64,000 nucleotides of DNA from Geopsychrobacteraceae bacterium (GTDB lineage: Bacteria > Desulfobacterota > Desulfuromonadia > Desulfuromonadales > Geopsychrobacteraceae), in the NCBI GenBank assembly GCA_963676795.2, contig CAXXTB010000001.1:1024001-1088000 (forward strand), read 5' to 3'. Position numbers and translations under genes: made by a program. The notes under the pieces were generated by a model that was not told where the DNA came from, did not search any database, and was given only the letters and a program-made list of their open reading frames with translations. Positions 20,769-30,508 of this stretch are shown one piece after another (position 1 is the first letter of the stretch; each line of letters opens with the position of its first letter).

Positions 20769-21305
20769 ATGGGCACATGTGTACTAAGCCCGGTTTCAAT
20801 GCCAGAGGTAAAAGGGGTTAACAGAAATCCGCGAGCGGCATCCATCAAAGGGATGCGAATTGCAACCGTGGATAATACAAAACCCAATTTTATTACCTTC
20901 CTCGATAAGATCGAAGAACTATTGCTCAGCAAGTATGAAGTCGCGGCTGTGCATCGATATCGGAAACCGGGACGGACTGAAGGGGTTGCCCAGGAAATTA
21001 TCGATGATATCAAGAAGAATCAGTGTGATGTTGTTATTACCGGGCTAGGCGATTGAGGCTCCTGCACATCGTGGAGTCTCCACGATACCGTAGAGTTGGA
21101 AAAACAAGGTTTAGCCGCAACGATCGTAACAACAACTGCTTTCAATGGCCTCGCTGACATGGAAGCAAAATCGATGGGCCTGAAAAATGTTTCAATTCTG
21201 GCCGTGCCTCATCCGCTGGGAGCTGGTTTGCCTGAAGATAAGGTTAGGGAAAAGGCTGAAAACGCTGTTGAAGAGTTGGTTAAGCGTTTGACTGAACAAC
21301 TATGA
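20769..21305 (+). CDS. UGSC-family selenoprotein (178 aa, Sec96 at TGA 21054-21056)
   Basis: ORFs 20715..21056 and 21096..21305 are in frame. Read-through gives VVITGLGD-U-GSCTSWSLHDTVELEKQG...AVPHPLG. A SECIS-like hairpin follows, and selC is in the window. Confidence 0.9.
21068..21086 (+). promoter_or_regulatory. Putative bacterial SECIS hairpin
   Basis: ATCGTGGA-GTC-TCCACGAT; the loop G follows the UGA after a 19 nt spacer. Confidence 0.75.
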
Positions 21306-21336
21306 ATTTATTCCGGTGAACTAACGACGAGCGTAA

Positions 21337-22422
21337 ATGGGGAATGTTATGGATTTTAGCATTTTAAAATCGGAAAGAATTGAATTCAACGACTCCTATG
21401 AGGAGCTTGAAGAACATTTTTACAGAAACAGGATGACCGACGGTCTTCCATTCGTGCCGCCAACGGAAGAACGCGTGACGCGGATGATTGAGTACGTAAA
21501 ACTGAGACCCAAGAAAGTCATTGCCGTTATCCCGCCACAAAATGGACCGGCGACTGTTGAAAAGATCGCGATTAACGCTGTTATGGCCGGCTGCCGTCCG
21601 GAATATATGCCGGTCATCATGGCGGCACTGGTGGCCATGACCTCCGATGGTTTCGATCTATTCGGTGCCCAGGCGACAACCCACCCTTGCGCCATGCTGA
21701 CCTTTGTCAACGGGCCGATCGCCAAGGCATTGGATATTAATTCAGGTTCGGGAGCAATGGGACCATGCTGGCGTGCCAACGCCACTATCGGTCGTGCGGT
21801 CCGGCTGATCCTGTTGAATTGCGGTGGAGCCTGGCCGGGTGTGGTTGATAAATCGACACAAGGGACCCCTGCAAAGTATTCGTACTGTTTTGCCGAGAAC
21901 GATGAAGCCAATCCATGGGAACCCTTTCACGTCGAGAGGGGGTTCAAGGCAACCGACAGTACGGTTACCGTTCTTGCTGCAGAGGGTCCGCAGGATATCA
22001 ACGGCGGTGATGCAACCAAGGCATCAAGCCTGTTGAGAATGATGGCCAGCAGTATCTGTAACGCTGGCAGTTCAAATGTCCGTTTTTTAAGAGGGGCTGA
22101 CCTCATGATCTGTGTTGGACCTGAACATGCGGCCATTTTCAAAAAAGACGGTGTGACGAAAAGGGAGGTCAAAGAGTACCTCTGGGAAAATGCCAGGATA
22201 CCACTCGATCGCTTCTCCGAAGAGCATTTGATTGCCCGCAAGAAAGCGCCAGCTCAGCATGGTGAGTTTGATGGGGTGTCGCCACTTCCGGTGGCGGTAT
22301 CCCCGGATAACATTCTCATTACCGTTGCTGGTGGCGAAGGGCTGCACTCAAGTTGGATGCCAACCTGGGGGGCACCAGGGCATCGTGCTGTCACCAAGAA
22401 AATCGAAGAAATCGCCAAGTAA
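21337..22422 (+). CDS. Conserved protein of unknown function, partner of the UGSC protein
   Basis: TDGLPFVPPT, IAINAVMAGCRPEY, QATT, VNGPI and IGRAVRL motifs; paralogous to the C-terminal part of 26269..27990. Confidence 0.85.
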   Translation: MGNVMDFSILKSERIEFNDSYEELEEHFYRNRMTDGLPFVPPTEERVTRMIEYVKLRPKKVIAVIPPQNGPATVEKIAINAVMAGCRPEYMPVIMAALVAMTSDGFDLFGAQATTHPCAMLTFVNGPIAKALDINSGSGAMGPCWRANATIGRAVRLILLNCGGAWPGVVDKSTQGTPAKYSYCFAENDEANPWEPFHVERGFKATDSTVTVLAAEGPQDINGGDATKASSLLRMMASSICNAGSSNVRFLRGADLMICVGPEHAAIFKKDGVTKREVKEYLWENARIPLDRFSEEHLIARKKAPAQHGEFDGVSPLPVAVSPDNILITVAGGEGLHSSWMPTWGAPGHRAVTKKIEEIAK

Positions 22423-22460
22423 GCTTTGTGGAATGAGTTATTTGAGATGAAGGAGCTTTT

Positions 22461-23705
22461 ATGTTTAAGGCAGAAAAAGGGATGTGGAACCCATTACTGA
22501 GTGATGAGTTCAATAAAATAGTCGATGAATGGGCTGAGGGGCGTAACGCTCTTCGTGGGGAAATGGCATATCCGACACGTATCGGCAATGTTCCGAACCC
22601 CTATGCACCCACTCGAGAGATGGGTTCGAACAACTTTTACTCGTTGTTCAATGAGCTGATCACAAAAGATCTCATCCGCCATTTTTGTGACGCAATCGGG
22701 TGTAAAAATCCGCTTTACCGTTGGGAAGAATATGCAAAATTCACCAAGTACGGCCAGATTATCGCACCTCCCGGAATTCTGTATGTCATAGGAGAGGCCG
22801 GTGCCGGCCGCGGTGTCGTTGCTCCTGGTTTTGGCCGGAGTCTCGCAGGTGGTAGCACCTGGACATGGTACAAGATCATCAAGCCCGGCGACTCCTTCCA
22901 TGTCAAAGGGGTCGACATGGGGGTTACCGAAAAGCAGGTTAAGCCCGACAAGCCATACCGACTCTATCGCTCCTGCTACCGCACCGAGTACTACAACCAG
23001 AATGACGAATTAGTCGCGTCTCGGGATCGAACCCGGATGAACATTGTTGCAGAGAACCTGCAGAAGACCAAAAGCGCTTTCAAAGAAAAAGAGCGGCATA
23101 AATACACTCAGGAAGAGTTGGATGAAATCCATCAGGCCTACTACGACGAAGACAAGTACAGAAGAGGCTCCGAGCCGCTGTTCTTTGAAGATGTCGCCGT
23201 CGGCCAGAAGATTACCCCTGTGGCCGCAGGCCCTCTGAATGTTCTTGACGGTGTTGTCATGATGGGTGCCATGGGGCAACAGGCCGCTTTCAATGTCCAG
23301 TGGGACATGCTCAACGGGAATATTGAAACTCATGGCTGGATTGACCCGGAGACAAACGCTCCACGGTGGAGAGCCGAAGGTCATACGACCGATCTGGCAG
23401 CGCGCTCAACCGGCCTGTCCACGGGGGCTTACGGTTATCATGGTCAAACGGAAGCTCTGTTTCAGAAAGCGATTATCAACTGGATTGGCGATGAAGGTTT
23501 CCTGAAGATACAGAGCAGTCGAACCCTGCGTCCGAACTGGCATGGTGATGTGACTTGGATTAACGGTGTTGTTACAGCTATGCGCCAAGAAAACGGTGAA
23601 TGCCTCGTTGACTTTGAACTGACCGCCGTAAATCAGGATGGCGAAATGCATCAGGACAGCACGGCAACAGCGATATTACCATCGCGTAATCGTTTGATCG
23701 AATAA
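22461..23705 (+). CDS. MaoC/FAS1-like double hot-dog acyl-CoA dehydratase/hydratase
   Basis: IRHFCDAIGCKNPLY...IIAPP, LFFEDVAVGQ and WHGDVTWING...TAVNQDG motifs. Confidence 0.8.
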   Translation: MFKAEKGMWNPLLSDEFNKIVDEWAEGRNALRGEMAYPTRIGNVPNPYAPTREMGSNNFYSLFNELITKDLIRHFCDAIGCKNPLYRWEEYAKFTKYGQIIAPPGILYVIGEAGAGRGVVAPGFGRSLAGGSTWTWYKIIKPGDSFHVKGVDMGVTEKQVKPDKPYRLYRSCYRTEYYNQNDELVASRDRTRMNIVAENLQKTKSAFKEKERHKYTQEELDEIHQAYYDEDKYRRGSEPLFFEDVAVGQKITPVAAGPLNVLDGVVMMGAMGQQAAFNVQWDMLNGNIETHGWIDPETNAPRWRAEGHTTDLAARSTGLSTGAYGYHGQTEALFQKAIINWIGDEGFLKIQSSRTLRPNWHGDVTWINGVVTAMRQENGECLVDFELTAVNQDGEMHQDSTATAILPSRNRLIE

Positions 23706-23915
23706 TTGCAGGTTAGCTGTTTATGTAACGCAAAGCGGGGCTTATAGAAGAGCCGGCCTTTATTGGCCCTGCTTTGCAACAGTAGGGCCCGAATGCTAGC
23801 GGGGGAGTCAAAGGTGAAATAGTGATCCTTATTCTAGAAAATTCACATGCGCTGTTTCTGAGCACTGTAGATGGTGAGATGGCATGAGGAGATCGATAAT
23901 TATTGGAGTGAACTC

Positions 23916-24608
23916 ATGGCTGGATTCGAAGTTATTGAAAAAGCGAAAAAAGAAGACAGGAAGCTACTGACTGAAGTTGAAGCCAAGCAGGTCTTGCAGG
24001 CTGCCAACATAGACGTTGTGCAGACACAATTGGCCACCTCAAAGGAAGAGGCGGTAAGTATCAGTGAAAGCATCGGTTTTCCTGTGGTTATGAAAATATC
24101 ATCAGTAGATGTTGTCCATAAAAGTGACGCCGGTGGAGTAAAACTCAATCTGCAGAACAGAGAACAGGTCTCTAACGCTTACGATGAGATCATGGACTCG
24201 ATCACTGTAGCTTATCCTGATGCCGAGATTGAAGGGGTTTCCATCCAGGGCATGGCTCAAAAGGGGTTGGAAGTCATTGTCGGTATGTCCAAAGATGCTC
24301 AATTCGGTCCAATGTTGATGTTCGGTCTAGGGGGCGTCTTCGTCGAGATTTTGAAAGACGTTTCATTCCGGATAACTCCACTGGAAAATCGCGATGCTTC
24401 TGAAATGATAAGAGAAATTAAGGGATTTCCTCTTTTAGAAGGGTATCGGGGCTCTGACCCTGTTGACATTCCTGCGTTGGAAGAGATGCTGCTTAAGATC
24501 TCACAGCTTGTGACGAATGTTCCGGACATCAAGGAGTTGGATCTGAATCCAGTGTTTTCTTACAAGGATGGGGCTCTTGCGGTGGATGCGAGAATTATTC
24601 TGGAATAG
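23916..24608 (+). CDS. ADP-forming acyl-CoA ligase, beta (ATP-grasp) subunit
   Basis: IGFPVVMK, VHKSDAGGV, FGPMLMFGLGG, ELDLNPV and AVDARI motifs. Confidence 0.92.
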   Translation: MAGFEVIEKAKKEDRKLLTEVEAKQVLQAANIDVVQTQLATSKEEAVSISESIGFPVVMKISSVDVVHKSDAGGVKLNLQNREQVSNAYDEIMDSITVAYPDAEIEGVSIQGMAQKGLEVIVGMSKDAQFGPMLMFGLGGVFVEILKDVSFRITPLENRDASEMIREIKGFPLLEGYRGSDPVDIPALEEMLLKISQLVTNVPDIKELDLNPVFSYKDGALAVDARIILE

Positions 24609-24691
24609 GAAAGGGATAAGCTCTTGTCATTGAGGGTCCCCTGAGCATAGCTTGTTTCTGTGAGAAGATATGACACAGTACAAGGCTTACT

Positions 24692-26152
24692 GTGGAGAAT
24701 ATGTCGATGAAAACATCTTGTACAGACATTATGCAGACAGTTTTTTATCCGAAATCTGTCGCAGTAATTGGTGCTTATAGTAATGAGGACGTAGAAAAAT
24801 ATCGTTGGACCGGTTGGTTAAAGGAGATGGGCTATAAGGGGAAGGTTTACCCTATCAACCCAAAGGCGAAGGAAATACTTGGTTACAAAGCGTATCCGTC
24901 GATTATCGATGTTCCTGATGAAATAGATTACGCAATCATGGCCGTTTCATCTTCAGCCGTTCCGGCATGTTTACGCCAGGTGGTCGAAAAAGGGGTCAAG
25001 GTTGTCCATCTTTTTGTCGCCGGGTTCGCTGAAACCGGATTGCCGGAAGGTATCAAATTACAAAAAGAGATTGAAGAAATTCTGGCCTCAGGAACAACGA
25101 GGGCACTCGGCCCAAACTGCATGGGCGTTTTCAGCACCAACAGCGGTATGGGGTTTGGCGGAATTATCAACGGTCTTGATGCAACTAAAGAGATCGGCAC
25201 AATCAGCGCGATTTCCCAGAGTGGTTCCGGGATGGACTCGCTGTTCATGCCGGGGGTCTTCATTCGTGGCCTTCGTATCAGCAAGATCCTCAGCCTTGGT
25301 AATTCGATCGATATCGGCGTCGAAGATGCGATGGAATTTTTTGCTGATGACGATGAGACAGAACATCTCTTCTGCTATATCGAGGGGATTAAGGATGGCC
25401 CTCGTTTCCTAACCGCATTGAAGAAATGTGCCGCTAAAAAAAATGTCATTATCCTAAAGGGCGGAATAACCGCCGGTGGAGCACGGGCAGCCGCATCACA
25501 CACTGGAGCATTGGCTTCGCCCGAAAAAGTTTGGGACACAATCTATAAACAGGCGAGGGTTCTGCCTGTCTCCAGTTTTGAAGAAAGTGTTGACCAACTG
25601 ACCGCCCTGGTCAGGATGCCCAATCTCAAAGGAAATAGAGTCGCTATTGTTGGCCGTGGAGGTGGTGCTGGCGTTGCGACAAGTGACCTGTGCGAGAAAG
25701 CCGGCCTGGTTGTCGCTCCGATAAGTCCCGACACTAAAAGAAAGATACTTGAATTGGTGCCTCCTGACGGGAGTGGTTTGAACAATCCGATTGAAGTGGG
25801 GATCAGTGGTCGAGGCAAAATCTCGGCAAATTATTTTGAAGTTCTTCAGGTTGTTGCAGAGGATCCGAATATTGATTTGATCCTTATCCGGATCAACATG
25901 GAAGTAGCTACTCACGTAACCAATCTGAACGATGCTGCATTGCAGCAGTATATCAGTATCTGGAAACGTGCAGCGACGGAGTTGGAAGTCCCGGTTGCCG
26001 TTATCTTTGACCGGGGCGAATACTGGGACTCGGTCCAGATTGCGTATCGTTTGCGTAAGGCGTGCGCTGATGCTGGGATTGCCGCATTCCCAAGTGTTGA
26101 GATCGCGGCAAGGGCTATTTCAAAAGCAATTGCCTATTTTAATTCAAAATAG
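24692..26152 (+). CDS. ADP-forming acyl-CoA ligase, alpha subunit
   Basis: PKSVAVIGA, VYPINP, GPNCMG, SQSG and phospho-His SHTGALA motifs; exact start uncertain. Confidence 0.9.
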   Translation: MENMSMKTSCTDIMQTVFYPKSVAVIGAYSNEDVEKYRWTGWLKEMGYKGKVYPINPKAKEILGYKAYPSIIDVPDEIDYAIMAVSSSAVPACLRQVVEKGVKVVHLFVAGFAETGLPEGIKLQKEIEEILASGTTRALGPNCMGVFSTNSGMGFGGIINGLDATKEIGTISAISQSGSGMDSLFMPGVFIRGLRISKILSLGNSIDIGVEDAMEFFADDDETEHLFCYIEGIKDGPRFLTALKKCAAKKNVIILKGGITAGGARAAASHTGALASPEKVWDTIYKQARVLPVSSFEESVDQLTALVRMPNLKGNRVAIVGRGGGAGVATSDLCEKAGLVVAPISPDTKRKILELVPPDGSGLNNPIEVGISGRGKISANYFEVLQVVAEDPNIDLILIRINMEVATHVTNLNDAALQQYISIWKRAATELEVPVAVIFDRGEYWDSVQIAYRLRKACADAGIAAFPSVEIAARAISKAIAYFNSK

Positions 26153-26268
26153 CTCAAAATGTTCGGCCTCTAGAAAAGCCTATGGCCAAATTTCAGGTAT
26201 AGACCTTTTGGAGTGAGCCTGAAATTCCGGCTGGTGATTCATAAACTACTTGTTATGGGGAGAATAGG

Positions 26269-27990
26269 ATGGAACTGAGAGTATTTGAACCTTGCGGAGT
26301 TGATCTTGATCAGAGTAAAGCGCAGCATGCCACTCGTTTAGATGATCTGAATGGAAAAACCATTGGCGAAATTTCCAATCGGCTATGGGAGTCCGATCTG
26401 ATTTTTCCTCTCATTCGCTCAATTTTGAAAGAGCGTTATCCCGATATTAAGTTTGTGACTTTCGATGAATTTCCGAATGGCGCGGATGCCATCATGGATA
26501 ACGAGGAGATTGGAGATTTCGCTCTCGCCAAAGGGGTGGATGCCGTTATCGGCGCCAGCGCGGCCTGAGGCGGTTGCTCCACGGCCGTCGGCCGTGCCTG
26601 TGCGAGAATTGAAAAAAAGGGGATTCCTTCATTCATCGTGACCCGGATGGGTTTTAAAGGCGTTGTGAATAATACCTTCCTGGCTCTGGGGTTGCCAGGT
26701 GGTGCCCCGCTTTACGAATTTCCCTCAGATGCGTTTGTTCCTGGTGCGGAGCTGACCCCCTTTGCCGAAGGCGTTGAGTATATCATCGACGGCCTGACAA
26801 AATGGGAGCCGGCCAAGGTCGCAAAGGGCAAGAAGAAGATACAGGCAATAACCGTGACCGGTGAAGATTATCTCGATGCTCTCACCAAAATGAACAATCT
26901 CTTTCTCAATAACCAGTGGGGCGACAGTCTGCCGCTTCTTCCGCCGACAATGGAAAAGGTTGAGTGGATTATGAAGGGAACCGATCTGTCCCATAATGAA
27001 CCGATCGGCAAGATTATGCCGAGCGGCAGGACCGCTACGGTTGGGGCACTTGCCGTCAACCTGGCGATGACCGGCGGCAGGCCTGAACATCTGCCAGTGC
27101 TTATTGCGGCATTTAAAGCTTTTTGCGATGAACGTTTCCGTCATCACATGATGCAGGCGACGACCTGTTCCGTTAACATTGCCGGAATCGTCAATGGACC
27201 TATCGGCAAGCAGATTCGTCTTAATTCAGGGTACGGCTGTCTTGGTCCCGATGCCGCCCATCCTGCCGGTGGGTGTATCGGACGGGCTATGCGTCTGGTA
27301 CAGCAGAACGTCGGCGGAGCGCATCCGGGAACCGGGACCATGGCTCTTTACGGTGGACCGTTAAAGTGGGCGAACGCAATATTTGCTGAGGACGAAGTTG
27401 GCTTTCCGGAAGGCTGGAGATCGGTCAGCGAGGACCGTGGTTACTCAAAAGGAAGCAATGTGATCACCATCCATGCGGTTGCAACGGCCGTCAATATCAC
27501 CTCGATCCACTCGTCCAATGCGGAAACCACTTTGGAAACAATGCATTATCTTGCCAGGATCATGGGGAGTGATTACGGCAATATCTTCCTGAACTATTAT
27601 GAGGACAGTGTCCCCGGGGTGCTTATTGTTCCGCGTGGGGTAGCTCAAGGCATGATCGATGCCGGCTGGACTCAGGAAACCATTCGACAGTTTCTCTGGG
27701 ATAATTCCCAATTTCCCTGGTCGGTTGTTACCTCTGATTCGGACGTCTTTAGACGGACGAAGGACACCTTGCTGAAATATGTCAAGGAAGGGGAGCCCTG
27801 GCCAATTTCGGTCAAGCCGGAAAACCTGATGATTGCGGTAGCTGGTGGTAAGCAGTCCGGCCATTGCTACTGGATGCGGATGGGATGTTGCCCAACGCAG
27901 CCAGTCAGTATGGAAATCGAATTGCCTAAAAACTGGGATCAGTTGATCAGTGTTGCCGAGGATGATCTTGGTCCGATGCCGGAGAGCTAA
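26269..27990 (+). CDS. Fused UGSC-type selenoprotein plus partner domain (573 aa, Sec100 at TGA 26566-26568)
   Basis: ORFs 26269..26568 and 26638..27990 are in frame with no intervening stop: VIGASAA-U-GGCSTAVGRACARIEKKGIPSFIVTRMGF. A SECIS-like hairpin follows. Confidence 0.88.
26580..26596 (+). promoter_or_regulatory. Putative bacterial SECIS hairpin
   Basis: CACGGCC-GTC-GGCCGTG; the loop G follows the UGA after an 18 nt spacer. Confidence 0.75.
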
Positions 27991-28060
27991 GCCGGTTTTC
28001 TCAGGAAGGCGCTGCCCCTTCAGTTGAATGGTCTTTCGTTGTTTTGCAGGAGGTTATGTG

Positions 28061-28995
28061 ATGACTTTTGTTGAGGTGAATAAGAGTATTCCGGGGTTGC
28101 CGCCTGACCTGTTGAACTTGCCGATGATAGAGGCTGAATTATATGTTCAGGTCAGTTCCGACCCTGAACTCCGTATCGAAGGTCCCGCTTTTGATCGGGA
28201 CGGAAACCTGTTCGTCAGTTCTCCTTATCATGGCAGAATCTATAGGATTTCTGAGGATAAACGGGTTAGCAAAATTTTAGATAAGCCGGGAATCAAAAAT
28301 ATCGGCTGTGCGATTCATAAAAACGGTCGTCTGTTCTATGCCTGCGGAACCGGAGAGCTTTTTCATGTCAAGCAGGATGGCAGCGATATGCAATTTATCA
28401 CGCCACGCATAGAGGGGCGACCGGTTCGCCTGAATGATCTGGTTTTTGACAAGGAAGGGAATCTTTATGTCACCGATTTTGCCGGGACGGTACCCAATCC
28501 AACGGGCGGTGTTTACCGGTTTTCGAACGACTTCTCGCGTGTTGATCAGATATTGGGCGGTTTGGCTGGAGCGAACGGTGTCTCACTGTCTCCTGAAGGA
28601 GACGCGCTCTGGATCGGTGAAACCTTTCGCAATGCCATCCTGCGTATCGGACTGGCCAACGATGGCGTAAAGTTGGCGGCGATAGATCCTGTTTGCTATG
28701 CCTATTACAATTCTGGAGTTCCCGGCGGGCCGATTCAAACAAGGTTGACGAAGAGGGAAACCTTTATCAATGCGTAGTCTCTCATGGACGAGCCATCGTC
28801 CTCAATAAGTGTGGCATTCCAATTGCGAATATTCTCATCCCTGGCCGGGACCAGGGATATAACCTCAAGTCTACCAATCTGGCTTTTAAGCCGGGAACCA
28901 ATGAAGGCTATATCACCGCTGGTGGACTGGGTGGACCTTCTGTTTTCAGGTTTTACGGGTTGGCCAAAGGTTTATCCCTTTATTCACACACGTAA
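28061..28995 (+). pseudogene. SMP-30/gluconolactonase (Drp35-like), frameshifted near 28730
   Basis: IEGPAFDRDG, LNDLVFD and ANGVSLSP in one frame. The GGP|DSNKVDEEGNLY motif is split by one missing base (GGGCCGATTCA). Could be a sequencing error. Confidence 0.75.
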
Positions 28996-29035
28996 TCTTT
29001 CTGATCGTAGCGAGCCGAACCTGTTAGGGGAGACC

Positions 29036-30427
29036 ATGTTTACGAAAATACTTTCTGAATTTATAGCAAATGCTGATTTTGATGATTTACCTGAATCTGC
29101 AATAGCAGCCGCCAGGCGCGGGGTTCTGGATTATCTCGGCGTAACTGCAGGTGGGGCAAGCGAAACCATTGCGGATATTCTCAAACAATATGCCGAAGAG
29201 ATGGGGGCAGTCAGAGACTGTACAGTTATAAACGGCGGTAAAACCAGCGTCACCATGGCTGCCTACGTCAATGGTGCACTGTCTCATGCTCTGGACTATG
29301 ACGATGTCATTCATGTCAACCCCCTCTGGATGGGGCATCCTTCTGTCGCGATCCTGCCCGCTATTTTCTCGGTCGCCGAGCGGGAAAACAGATCCGGCCA
29401 GGACCTGATTCTGGCCTACAGCGTCGGTATTGAAATCTACACTAAGGTCGGCTTGCTGTGTGGAGATACGGCCTATAAAAACGGCTGGCACAATACCTCT
29501 TATATCGGAACCATGGCAGCGGCCGGAGCGGTCGCCCGACTTCTCGGCTTGGATGCTATGGCAGTCGGGCAGGCCTTCGGTATCGCGGGATCCATGGCAA
29601 GTGGGCTGCGCCAGAACTTCGGTACCATGGTCAAGCCTCTGCATGCAGGCATTGCCGCAAGAAACGGGGTCGAGGCCGCTTATCTCGCCAGGCGGGGGAT
29701 CACGTCGGCGGCCAACATATTTGAAGCACCTCTGGGGTTCAGGAATGTCTTTTCCTGCGATCATGCTGATCTCATGCATGAAATCCCCTATGGTGAAGAG
29801 CTGATCAGTCCGGAAGAATTCTCCACAAGGCTTGGAAGACCGTGGAATATCTCTTCGCCCGGAATGTCATACAAGATCTGTCCGTCTTGCCGGGCGACGC
29901 ATTTCGGGATGGAAGCCGCCTTGCTTTACAGGGAACAGCATCCTGTTGATCTTGACAGTATCTTGGAGATCGACTGTCGCGTACCTAGTCACATGGAATC
30001 CGTGCTGTTTTATCACGATCCGGTAAAAGGGCTGGAGGGGAAGTTCAGTCTCGAATATGTCTTTGCCAGAACCTTGATTGACGGTCCGCCAAAGATCAAC
30101 GATTTTTCGGATTCCCGGGTCAACGAGGTGGATGTGAAGAGTTTGATCCGAAAGATCCGCTGGAACTCTTTCGACCCGGAGCCGGGGACATTCGGAACTC
30201 CGGAATATGTCATAAGGCACAAAGATGGAACTACTTTTGAGGCGAAGGTCGAGTACCCGCGTGGAGAACCGGAAAATTCGGTGTCAGATCAGATTCTTAT
30301 CGAAAAGTTTAAAGATTGTTCCGGAGCGATCTGGTCTCAGAAAAGGAGGGAGCAGGTTCTGGAAAGGGTTCTTGTCTTGGAGCATGTTGAAGATATTACG
30401 TTGTTAACCAGGCTTTTCGGGCAATAG
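29036..30427 (+). CDS. MmgE/PrpD family protein
   Basis: NGALSHALDYDD, GHPS, GWHNTS, KPLHAG, KFSLEY and PRGEPEN motifs. Confidence 0.92.
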   Translation: MFTKILSEFIANADFDDLPESAIAAARRGVLDYLGVTAGGASETIADILKQYAEEMGAVRDCTVINGGKTSVTMAAYVNGALSHALDYDDVIHVNPLWMGHPSVAILPAIFSVAERENRSGQDLILAYSVGIEIYTKVGLLCGDTAYKNGWHNTSYIGTMAAAGAVARLLGLDAMAVGQAFGIAGSMASGLRQNFGTMVKPLHAGIAARNGVEAAYLARRGITSAANIFEAPLGFRNVFSCDHADLMHEIPYGEELISPEEFSTRLGRPWNISSPGMSYKICPSCRATHFGMEAALLYREQHPVDLDSILEIDCRVPSHMESVLFYHDPVKGLEGKFSLEYVFARTLIDGPPKINDFSDSRVNEVDVKSLIRKIRWNSFDPEPGTFGTPEYVIRHKDGTTFEAKVEYPRGEPENSVSDQILIEKFKDCSGAIWSQKRREQVLERVLVLEHVEDITLLTRLFGQ

Positions 30428-30508
30428 ATCGTCGGTTGATAGGCCGTCACTCGCTGAAAAAGTCGGTTCATTGTTGGCTCACTCTGACCAACGGAATGGA
30501 TTATCGAA

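Noticed and set aside
21054..21056. Treating the in-frame TGAs (21054, 26566) as nonsense mutations
   Set aside because: Both fall at the first position of a UxxC motif in paralogous domains, both have a downstream hairpin, and tRNA-Sec is present.
20769..27990. Calling the locus a canonical glycine, betaine or proline reductase
   Set aside because: No GrdA, GrdC/D or GrdE/PrdA homologues are present, and only the Sec-proximal region resembles GrdB.
28784..29035. 84 aa N-terminal extension of the PrpD ORF
   Set aside because: It overlaps the lactonase 3' half; the real start is ATG 29036 after GGGGAG.
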